Source: Seison nebaliae
Lineage: Eukaryota
Assembly: GCA_023231475.1 (NCBI GenBank)
Contig: JALJEE010003283.1
Location: forward strand, 1-54,986
Length of the DNA stretch: 54,986 nucleotides
Reading direction: 5' to 3'
A model generated the notes under the pieces. That model saw nothing but the letters and a program-made list of their open reading frames with translations, had not been told where the DNA came from and searched no databases. A program made the position numbers and the translations under genes. Of this stretch, positions 13,973 to 25,360 are shown piece by piece. The first letter of the stretch is position 1. Each line of letters opens with the position of its first letter.

Positions 13973-15711
13973 TCATTTTGAATTCAAATAAAAATATTTA
14001 TAGAACAACATAGAGATGAGAGGTATGATGATGGTGGAAGATATGTAGAAGAAGCGTTTACTACTCTTCTCTTTCCTTTTATAGTCATAGATGTCAACAT
14101 TCATCTGATCATAACAATTCCGTTCTTTAAGGATATGTTTGATGCATCTGACAGATGAATGGAGTGCTCCCTCCATATATCCTGCCCAATGATCTGAACT
14201 TTCCGTTCCGCTTATCAAAACATGGTTCGTACATTTACTCATCGATGTCATAGTAGATTTCGTTACTTGTTCAGTAGAGTCGAATGAGAAAGTGGGACAA
14301 CCACCAATCCATTTTTCCTTCTGCCAATTTTGAACGATAATATCGATCGGTTCCATCGCATCTTTCTCTTCAAATATTCGAGTGAGATCTTCAAGAATCA
14401 ATTCTTTTATATCCACTTCTGATAAGACATTCAAATGATTGGCACAATCGCCAGCCACAAATCCCACAAGTAAATTAACATCTCTATCATTTTCATTACA
14501 ACCATCGAACGTTGCTATGACAACCTCGTTCTTCTCATAAATACAATCACTAATAGTTTCACCGCTAAATTTCTTCGTTCTCCAAAATGCTTTGGGATAA
14601 CTGACAACGAATTTTATGTAGTTTCCTCGACGAAATTTATGCCATTCTTCCTGCAACGGTCTTAGACTCAAGTTCATCGTCAATTTTGCTCGTTCAGTTA
14701 TTGGCAATGCTAAAATTGCATGAACGCAATGTAATTCTCTCATTTCGTTCGTATCTAATTGGATAAAAATTAAAACATTTTCAAATTTTAAACGAACCTG
14801 CATCATTATAACGAACCGTCACAATACCATCAAGTTCCGTTACGGATGTGCAAAAGGCATTCAAAACGAAAGTTGTACTATTTGATGAATTTTTTAATGA
14901 TTTCAATATCATTTTAGTAGTTCCTGTATAAAAAATGATAATTAGTGATAACTCGTAATTGGACGATAAAATTTGAAAACAACCGAACCATTTATCCGAA
15001 ATTTCTGAGCTTCATCCGTTTCAATTAAATAACTAATATGATTATCGGCACCAGCGATATAATACAAGAAATACCATAAAGACAATTGATCAATTTCACA
15101 TCCGAATACCATTCGGATGGCAATCGTAATTAACGATTTGAGATAATTGGAACAATTCTCCAAAACCATTTTAGTCGATTGTGTCAACCATTGAAATGGT
15201 AATTTCTCGAAACAATTCGACCATCGATCGACTTTCCATTGTAACCAAAATAATCTGATCGTATCAAACAGGAATCTCAACGAATAAAATGACGAGAGGA
15301 CATGTCGATGATTATTTTCTCGAATGACGATATTCCCCGAAGAATATTGTTCATATAAGTCGATATCTAATTCTTCTAATAATCTCCTCATCATAAATTG
15401 TGTTCTGTCCGAATATTCAATTAATTTTATATTTATAGAAAAACAAGCCTTCCTATCCATTGTCCTCCCACGTCTACTTCATAAGTCTTATTATTTCCCA
15501 CTCGAATATATTCAGTACGAAGTCGTCCTCCAAACACATCTTCACATTCACACAAGTTTCATTTATGAGAAAAAGAAAGAAATTGTTAACCTTTCGCTTC
15601 CAATAGACAAACTTTGAGATGTGGTGCCCATTTATTGAATAGATAGGTGGATGACAGTCCACTTAACCCGCCACCAATAACAATAACATCATATTCGATC
15701 GAAGGACACAT
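13973..15711 (-). CDS. Flavin-containing monoamine oxidase-like protein with C-terminal membrane anchor, 5 exons
   Basis: YDVIVIGGGLSGL (FAD-binding), EAKDVFGGR, DVGGQWIGRTQ, WIGGCP, SGTESSDHWAGYMEGALHS and a hydrophobic C-terminal tail. Intron 2 (15405-15448) must be GC-AG to keep the frame. Confidence 0.88.
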
Positions 15712-17616
15712 TTCGTTTAATTACCTAAAATATATTTTTTATTAAATAAAATTTTAAATTAAAAAAAAACGTCGTTTTATTGAAAATTCATTAAATACTT
15801 TTTCAAATAAAATCTCTTGTCGACTGTCACGTCGTTTATAATCGGACCGAACAATAACTTTCCTCATCTTCCCAATCGTTCTCCTATGAGGAGAATTGAT
15901 GTTTCGTGAAATTTCCATATCAATTCATTAGCTTCCAATTTCTAGGCGTTTGAAGGACGCGCCGTCTCGAAACTAATAAACATTCAACTACTTTTACTTA
16001 ATGTTGCAGTGTAAAATAAGTTGCCCAACATTATTATTAGTTCAATCGATTCACATTCACACTAAATCCCAAGTAAAATTGCTCGGTCATCTCGGTAAAA
16101 AAGAAAACGAATTATCTCTCCTACTTCTCATTTACTATCGTTACCCTCATCAATTACAGTTAATTATCATTGGATCTTAATGAAGGAGGAAAAGACACAA
16201 CATAACATAATTAATGGACGATAGAAATGGATGAAAGTAGAATGGAAGAAGGAATATAATTTTGAAGTTGCTCTTCCCGAGAACTCATATTAATCAAAAA
16301 GAAGATTAATTGATAATGAATTGGAGTGAATTCCAAAAAAAAAACACAATTTTTTAACTTCATCCGTAAAATTTCTTATATACTTCAATACAACGACAAC
16401 AACTACTACTACTACTACTACTATTAATAATACTAATTACTTTTGGAAGGAAAATATTTCTAAAGGTAGGAGAATTAATTTTGAAGAATTTTTCAATTAT
16501 TTTTCATCAATTATATCGGAAAAGTATTACCTCATTTTCATTAGCTATTCATTATGATTCGAAATATAGAATGATGAAAGATTCTATTATTATTGAGGAG
16601 AAAATAAATGATGAATTGGGTCAATAAACTTTTTGATAGAAGAACTTAACGAAAAATTCTTCTTTTGTTTCTTCTCCCTACACAAGTCCCCATTTTCAGT
16701 CCCAACAATTCATTGTTTATTGTTGTTCTTGCTGTTGTTGTGAATGATTCCCTGGTAATTCCAATCATTTTAGAAGGTGAAAGTATAAAACAATTCTTTT
16801 ATTATGACGAGTGATTGAGAGAAGGATTACATTACATTCTATTCTCTCCCTCCACCAAGAATGTTCGGTCTTGAAATTCTTCTTAAACACCCAACTGACA
16901 AGCCATTATTATTCAAATTAGTTGAAAGCACGAATTTCATTTGAATAATTTTATCGATTACGCATCTCGTTTAAATGTCGTGAGAGCGAGACTGGTGAAC
17001 GATATCAAAATCAAAAAAAGTTAATTGAGAGTCAATCAGATAAATGTTCGTTTAATGATGAAGGAGACAAGAAAACTTGGATACAACTTTCTTCTTTTTC
17101 AACAATATTTTTACAACTTTTTTCTTCATCTCGATTCATCCAATCTACTTGACTAATAATAATCTAATCGATATTTCATAAAATTGTTATTCTTACAGAT
17201 CACTTAACATTTGTAGTCTGATTATATTATATTGACAATTATTACAATAGTTCGATTAACGTAATGATTGTAGTGAAGTATTTGTAGTCGCCAATTTGTA
17301 GTTGTGATTCAAATAAAAGAAAAGTTCAATCTAATGTGAAGAAGTTAAAGATATTTAAGTATCGTTCTAATGGATATTAGAATTGATGATGTATAGTAAA
17401 AAAAAATTGAATAATAATAAAAGTTTAATCAATTTCAAATTTCCAATCGACTTACTTGTAATTTGAGGGATTTTTCTCATTTCTTCCATAAATTTTCCAT
17501 AGAATTATTATTTTTTTAAATAAAATTATTTTGAATGATGGAGAAAACAATCAGATTTCCAATGATCTTTCAATGAATCTCATAAAGACGAAATAATTTA
17601 TCTAAAAAAAAAGAAA

Positions 17617-18699
17617 ATGATGAAGAGAAACCATTTTCTAATTCTCATCTATTTCTCCATTTACTTCTCTTATTCGTCAGCGGAAGGAAATAATCGATGT
17701 CTGATGAACTTCAATTTACAAAAACTTAATGGGAAATGTAACAAATATTCGTTTATCGACCAATTACCGGAAAAGACAATATTTGAACGTTTATCAATGT
17801 TTTCTCCAGCTAATATACTTTATCTTTTATTAAGTAATCGTCGAAATTATCCTTTAAATTTTCATCTTTATCGCAAAATCATTATTCAACTTTATAAGGT
17901 GAAGGCGATTTCTCCCTCAAATCAAAATCGACTTGATAGATTAAAAAATCTGCAATTCGATTATAGAAAATATCTAAGTAATTGGCGTGAAGAATACAAA
18001 CAAACAACATCTCCATCCACTTCCACCACAACATCGAACATACACGATAGTACAACGATCGATTTTTATCCGATATCGACAGATTATCTTATCAATTTGT
18101 ATGAAGATGGTAGACAAACATCGTACGAAAGAATAACTCCAATTACCAATTCACTTTATCAACAGGAGAACACCATTCGACGATATGGAACGACGACCAA
18201 AATTCCTTCATATCGACATCGACAACGATACAGATTGTATCATCGATATAAAAAGAAACATAATTTATATGAGAAAAGATACGACGAATTACAAGACCAT
18301 TTGTATAGTTGGAGAAATATGAAGACAAGTGACTACAATCGACGAGTATTGAAACGAAGTGAAGAAATTGTTGAATTGAAGAATGAGATAAATTTCAAGT
18401 CTCGCAAATTCCAAAAAGAATTATTGGACTTACAGAATGTAATCGAATATTCTCATTCCCATAATTGGAAGATTGAGAAAGTGAGGAAAGTCACACAACT
18501 TTATAATAATTATGTAGATCTGTATGATCTCTCGAAAGAATTTCGTGATAAGAAATTCAATGAATTGACTGAAATTCGAGCTACGTATCAAAGACAAGAT
18601 GATAAGGAATTCCGGAAATTGAGTGAAGATATTGTGAAGTATCGGAATCGATTGATGAATGATTTGAAGCATTGGTGGAATTTACAATTACACAGATAA
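17617..18699 (+). CDS. Intronless orphan protein, probably secreted, with Thr-rich linker and coiled-coil-like C-terminus
   Basis: 360-aa ORF; signal-peptide-like start (MMKRNHFLILIYFSIYFSYSSA); no family recognised. Confidence 0.7.
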   Translation: MMKRNHFLILIYFSIYFSYSSAEGNNRCLMNFNLQKLNGKCNKYSFIDQLPEKTIFERLSMFSPANILYLLLSNRRNYPLNFHLYRKIIIQLYKVKAISPSNQNRLDRLKNLQFDYRKYLSNWREEYKQTTSPSTSTTTSNIHDSTTIDFYPISTDYLINLYEDGRQTSYERITPITNSLYQQENTIRRYGTTTKIPSYRHRQRYRLYHRYKKKHNLYEKRYDELQDHLYSWRNMKTSDYNRRVLKRSEEIVELKNEINFKSRKFQKELLDLQNVIEYSHSHNWKIEKVRKVTQLYNNYVDLYDLSKEFRDKKFNELTEIRATYQRQDDKEFRKLSEDIVKYRNRLMNDLKHWWNLQLHR

Positions 18700-19258
18700 T
18701 GTCAAAAGGAAACATGTTTATTCTCTTTTTATCTAATCGTTTTTTTTAAAATTTTCTTTAAATATTTATTCTAAAAATGATTTTTTCAATTAAAATTAAA
18801 AAAATGAATTTCATTGAAATGACATTTTGAGATTAACTTCGACAATTATTTAGTTTAGTAATTCGAATTTAATAAAGAAAAAGAAAGATAATTGAGATAT
18901 TAAAAAACTTGATTAATTTTTTATTATAAATATATTATCGAATCCGCTGGTGGTAAATTAAAAAGCAAATAAGATAATCGGCTGTAAATATTATTATTAT
19001 TAAGTTTCCTTCCAATATGGATTTCATCTCGTAAATAACTTCAATTTTAGAATGAAGTTTATTTGCGGAATTAAAATGAAAAGTGTTTTAGGTCGAGTAT
19101 CTTTCGAATAAGTAGAAGGAAAAAAGAAGAAATAATTTTTCTTAAAAAATTTAAAAAGAATTTCGGAAGATGATTTTTGAATTTTAAGCTTAAATAAAAG
19201 AAACGAAAATTTGAACGATTGTTTCGCGAACAATTTAGAAATTCGCTCATTCTTGAAA

Positions 19259-21585
19259 ATGACGGAATATCATTATGCCAGTGAGCCAGTCGTGAATAAG
19301 AAGAAAGAGGATGAAGATCAACCTCAGCCACAATATTGGCATTTAGGAAGTAGAGAATCCGTTCCCACCACCGTTTTCATCTCCAATATCAATCAGAATG
19401 TTCCCGAAGCTCTTCTTTGTATTTTATTGAAGAAATGTGGCGATTATATTTCTTGGCAACGAGCCGAACCATCGAACGGTCGAGCTTCAGCTTTTGGTTT
19501 TTGTGAATTTAAAGATCCGGAAGCAACAATGAGATGTATTCGATTATTGTCTGGTTTCAAAATTGGCAATAAAAGATTGAAGGTTCAATTTGATGATAAG
19601 ACGAGAACTCAATTGAATGAGTATTTAGAATATAAAGAGAAAGTGGTAGAAAATCGAAAGATCAAATGGATTACAGCAAGTCAAATAAGAAATTCATATC
19701 GACCACAAGATCTAGTTTCAGAGAGAACGGCTGATTTTTGTGATCGTTTAGATGAACAAACATTTGAAGCCGATCGTCATATTTCAGCTATGTTACATCA
19801 TTTATTGAGAGATTATTCCGTTCTCAATACGGGAACAGATGACGAGAATGAAGAAGAGAAAAAACAGAAAACTGTAACGGAAATTGCTGAAGTTGTCGAG
19901 AATATCGAAAATACATTTAATCTTCAGAATCAAGATGCAGAGAAAAAAGATGAAGTAAAAGAAGAAACGGAAAAAGTGATAACAGATAATGGAAAGAATG
20001 AAAATTTGAAAGAAAATGAAAATCATCAAGATGAAAACGAACGGAAATCAATTGAATCGAAAATAGAAAAATCGAAGAAATCCAGATCACCATCTCCATC
20101 ATCATCACATCGAGATGATTCAAAGAAATATCGTCATCGTGATTCTCTTAAGAATGAGAGAAGAAATCGAAGATCAGAAAGGAAAATGAAGAGACGAACA
20201 TCATCAGATGGTGAAAGTCCCGATCGATCAGATAATGAACGAGATTATCATCGTAATCGATACGATTATTCTCATCGTTATCATCGACAACGTGATCATT
20301 ATGATGATCGGCGAAATGATCGTTATGAACGAGACGACAGAAATCGAAAGAGATCCGAAAGAGACTTAAGAAATCGTCCGAATAATAATCGACGTCGTCC
20401 TCATGTCGATTCGCGATCACCTGAAAAACAACCATCACCATCCAGAGATGATTTGACACCTGAAGAGAAAGAGAAGCGACAATTAGAAAGAGAATTACAA
20501 AGGAAAGAAGAAGATTTTCAAAAAGTTTTTCTTTTAAATTTAATTCTTTTAATTAATTTTAATTCTAATTTTCATAAATTCTTTAAAATAATATTCTTGA
20601 AATATTTATTTGAAATAGCAATTGGCAGATTGGGAGTCGAGAGAGAAGAGGAAAAAAGAAGATTATGGAGATAAGATTAAATATTTGAAATCGAAAATCG
20701 ATGATTTAACCAATCGCAACGAGAAATTGTCATCATTTCTCGAAAGTTATGACGACGATGAAATGGATCGTATGTATTATAAGTCAGTCTCTTTTACATT
20801 CAAATAACATTATTATTTCCATATCATTCTCAATTATTCTAGGGGAACACATTTGGAAAAAGTGAAACATGATCGACGACATGAAATTGAACGTGATGAT
20901 TTGGATGAGAAAAAAGATAATGATCATCTCAAACAATTTTATTCTCGATTGAAACGAGAAGAAGTATTAAATCTTGATGACGAATTTCGAATATCATCTA
21001 AAGAGAATTCTAGCGTTTATATCATCAATCCCAAAATTAAGAAAGTTTTCATTTTTCTCATTTATCATCAATTTAAATTGAATTATTATTTTTAGTTGAA
21101 AGAGAAAGAAGATAAAAGAATTAATAATCTTATTATTCGATTGATCAATAAACCAGATGTGGAAACGGATGATGAAACCATGACAACCAAAGTGAGTTCC
21201 ACTGAGAAAACTGATGAAATTTTAAATTTGACACAAATCCAAGAAAAACGATTAGATTGGTACCATGTTAGAGATTTGTGAATGAAAAAAAATTCCATTA
21301 ATCTCATCATAGATAACTCCTCAATTTATTAGTGAGAAATTAGAGGAATGGATTAAGAGACAAGTCGAACAATTCATCGAACGGAAAGATGAGAAATTAA
21401 CAGCGTATATTTGTAAGTTGTTGAGTGAAAGAAATGAAGCAGAAGATCTCATTGATAAATTACAAACGGTTAATATAATTTTCTCTTCATTTCACAATAT
21501 AATTTTATTTTAGGTTTTCGAAGATGAGGCGAAACCGTTCGTTCTCAAACTATTCACAAGAATTATCAATGAAATTGAAGAATGA
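19259..21585 (+). CDS. RBM25: RNA-binding protein 25 / Snu71-like (RRM + RE/RD-rich region + PWI), 6 exons
   Basis: RRM TTVFISNI...AFGFCEFKDPEATMRCIRLL; DDDEMDRMYYKG motif; PWI WIKRQVEQFI...VFEDEAKPFVLKLF. Introns 20525-20618, 20783-20842, 21045-21095, 21267-21312, 21469-21513. AATAAA at 21609-21614. Confidence 0.9.
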
Positions 21586-21724
21586 TAAATGTTTTTGTAT
21601 TTGTTCATAATAAAATTGAAATGTTTTTTTTTTTTGTTATTCATTTACTTTTCTTCAATTCAATCCAATAATTAATAGTCAAATAGAACATGAAAGAAAT
21701 CGAAAGAATTTTTTCTCAAATTCT

Positions 21725-22980
21725 TTAGCGTAATGTTTTACCTTGTTTAGTACCTTGTTTTTTCGCTGTTTTCCTTGCAGTCTTTCCAGCTAAACCTTTC
21801 GGGTTTAATTTATGTTTCTTCTTGTTAGATTTACCTTTTTTGTTTTTATTCCCCGATTTTTTCTTTTTCTTCGATTTCTCACTCACTTTATCTTTCTTTG
21901 ATTGACTTTTCGACGTTTCCTTCGATTTGTCTTTTCCTTCTGATTTATCTTTTTTCGGTTTTTTTTTCTTATCTGATTTTTCGCCTTTGTCGTCTTTCAG
22001 TCCCGTTATCTGTTCTAATTGTTTTCCCAACTCTTTTCCTGGCAAATCTAATTGTTGTAAGTTCTCCAAATTCTTTTTCAATCCCAATGTATCCGATTTA
22101 AGTTTTAATTTATCTTTTTGTTCAGATAAAAATTTCGTATTTAACGGGTCCTTTATTTGGTTACCTTTACCCTTCTCTTGTAATAACTTATTTTTAAAAT
22201 TCTTCACATCAACATCATCTTTCTTTTTCGTTTCTTTACGTTCGTTATTTCTCTTCTTTCGTTTACTTTCAATTCTTTTCTCATTTATCAATTTTCGGTG
22301 AACATTTTTAAATTGGACATCTTTAAATCTTTTCCATTCTCTATTTCTAAATTCCTCTAAAACATGTGAAGGAATTTCATCAAAATAATTTTTAAGATGA
22401 TTCACAGCATGACTATCTGTTCTCTCACGATACTCTAATTGAGCGTCTGCTCGTGCACTAGAAACTAAAAAGAAGAAATTCAAATTTAATTTCCACAATT
22501 TTTCCAATTGATAATAAATTCTAATTTAAAGTGAAACCTCTCAATCTGTTGCAGAAGATGATGACTATCCATGAACTGATAGTTATCGTCCAGGAGAGGA
22601 AGATTACGACCAATAAATTATTATCAGAGATAACGGAACCACTTAAAATATTATTAAAATCCTTTAGATCTGTATTGTCGACGGTTTGAGGATTGAGAAA
22701 GGGATTGGACCAAAAAACCCGAAAAAATGGATATCCAAATTTTCGTCTTCTTATCTCAGCGTCTTTTCTCCCCAATCCTACGATTCTTACTGCAACACGT
22801 GACTTGTAATGTTTTCTATCTCCCATAGCTCGTTTCTTTCGTATTCGATCTCTCATTCTATGAATGGTAATTTTCTAATGATTTTTTTTTTCAAAAAAAT
22901 TAATACTCTTTTAATTGTTCATCAGAAAAATGAAAATTCTTTTTCTCGTCTTTTCTATGACAATTGGCTAATTGGAGCAT
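21725..22980 (-). CDS. Orphan single-pass membrane protein with very Lys-rich C-terminal tail (5' end uncertain)
   Basis: Frames joined by introns 22858-22906 and 22465-22537; one hydrophobic segment (LLVVIFLSWTITISSWIVIIFC); the frame stays open upstream to an acceptor near 23072. Confidence 0.6.
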
Positions 22981-23538
22981 AAATTCTCCGGAATGGACGG
23001 TTGACGTAATGATTGGTTTGAATTGAAAACATTGGAATGAGGAGCGATTTGCAGAATGAAACAGAATAAACTAGAAAAAAGAAAAAAATAGAACATTAAT
23101 AAGAATACAACAATTATATTAATGACATAGTAGTAGTTTCGAGAATGAGATATTCTTCACTGTCAAATCATTTGTTGGTCATTAAAACGGAAAAAATTCG
23201 ATCAAGCGAATACTTATTTGCACATAACAAGACATACAGTATATCGGTAATTATTATTCGTTACGTTAAAAATAATCACATAAATGTTTTCGTCCCACTA
23301 ATATTTACTAACAAATTCAATAAAATCGATTCATTTATCACAATATATGATTATATTGTTAAAATTAAAAAGAAAATTTTGAATAGGTAAACTTCTGTTT
23401 CTCACAATATTATTATTTGTCATAAAGTCAGAAGATAAAACTATATTAATTATATAAATGATTATTTATTGTGGGGGGTAACAATATTGTAATTAAGTGT
23501 TTACTGAATAAATCGATGGATGATATTGATGGTGATGA

Positions 23539-24502
23539 TTAAAAATTAAAGATGTGAATTAAGGGAATGGAGAAAAAGGGATAATGATGAGAGGGGAGAA
23601 TGTTAACCTTCGTGAAATGGAAATATTCCAATTGGACATGATGAAACCGAACGAAGATATGAGATAAATGCTGAATTTCTTCTTTGAATAAGAACGGAAA
23701 TGCAAACAATTTTCCTCTTTTAACATCGATACGCGATACATGAAGCGAATTATGTTTCGTATGGAGGAAATGATTACGGCTGTTCCCTTCTACTTCAGTG
23801 AGAATGGTTGCTATAGAATTATTTTGGGTCCGATGGAAATCTATTGTGATAACCAATGAGTTGTCTAACCAATTTTCATGAAGGGTTTCATTTGAGAAAT
23901 CATAATTAATTTCAATATAATATAATCTAGCAACCTTATCTAAAATCGTCACAACAAATGATATAAATCATTATAATAAGCGAATTATACCTGATATCCA
24001 AAATTTGTCGTCATACAAAATTTGAGGGTAATTACCAAAAGCATTCCTTCGTGATTTCAGAGAATTTTCTTTTGGATCTTCTAAATTACGTAAATTATTT
24101 GAGGAAGATTGTCTGTTTAGACAAATTTGGAATTGGTAGACTGATGATGGAGAGGATGAAGCGTGAATTGTATGGTAGACTGAGTCGGTTGACTTACCGA
24201 AACATTTTATCGGAGTTGCATTTTTATCGATTATCTCAATATGATTATTTAACAATGGATTATCTTAAAGAAAAGAAGAATATTTAAATAATTTTCTAAA
24301 AAAAAATTTTCAAAATATGATGGAAATACGAAAAGAAAAAAAGAGAAATCGAATTTTAACTGTTGATCATCCAACAAAGATTATGAGCCTCCCAATGTGA
24401 TAATGTTGTCAAGTTGACGATGATGGAGAATTGGTGTTGGAGGAGCCATCCGCAAATTAAATGAAAGGAATTATTTACTTGGCTGACGCTAGGGTTGACC
24501 AT
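23539..24502 (-). CDS. Orphan spliced protein (3' end uncertain)
   Basis: Three open frames joined in phase by introns 24264-24360 and 23940-23990; no family recognised. Confidence 0.5.
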
Positions 24503-25360
24503 CTGAAATGGATGTCAAACCAAAATTGAAATAAATTAGAAATATTCTCTAATTCATTCAACGAAAAAGAAAGAAATTTATCTCATTTCCTAATAATTAA
24601 TAATCGTAACGATTCTGTCCTCCACTTCTCGCATCTATGTTCGCATATATAAGATGAATAATTTCATTCCGTCGATTCTCTTAATATTTCATATGGGCAT
24701 GGGGAATGGATATATGTGAGTGTTGCACTTTGTCTCTCATGAATATTTGTACATCACCAATTTTTTATATTGATTAATAATTGTAAATGAAACTAATAAG
24801 TAGTAGTAGTTCGTTCGACATAAGAGAATAATAAGAGAAAAGTTATTAAATAGAAAATATCAGACAATAAGGAAGGACAATTTTAGCGAACGATAATTTC
24901 CATGATGATAATCATCCACCTTTTTAGTTAATTTCCAATATTTCACCTTATCTAAATTTTCAATTTAATTTACTGGTCGATATGACAGAGAAGGAAGAAA
25001 GAGAGGAAGCGTCAATCATTGGTAATGTCGTTGAACTATCAATGTATCCATATACCAATATCATATAGTTTTATTATCTCTTCCAATCTAAAAGTATCAT
25101 TCCCATTATGCCTACAAATGAGAGGTAGATTTCGCGCGTAATATGGAATGTAAAATTTAAATCCATCTTCCCAATTATGTCACATAATTACAACTCCTTT
25201 GACTTCTTCCTTCTTCGATGTTGCAGAAAATTTGTTATCTCTCAGTCTCTACTTCCATTCACTAAAAGATTCGGTGCTACAGAAAAAGAAGCAAGTGAAA
25301 AAGTGGAACATGTTCTAATTTTTTAAAGAAAAACGAAATATTTTCCACATTTAACGAAAA

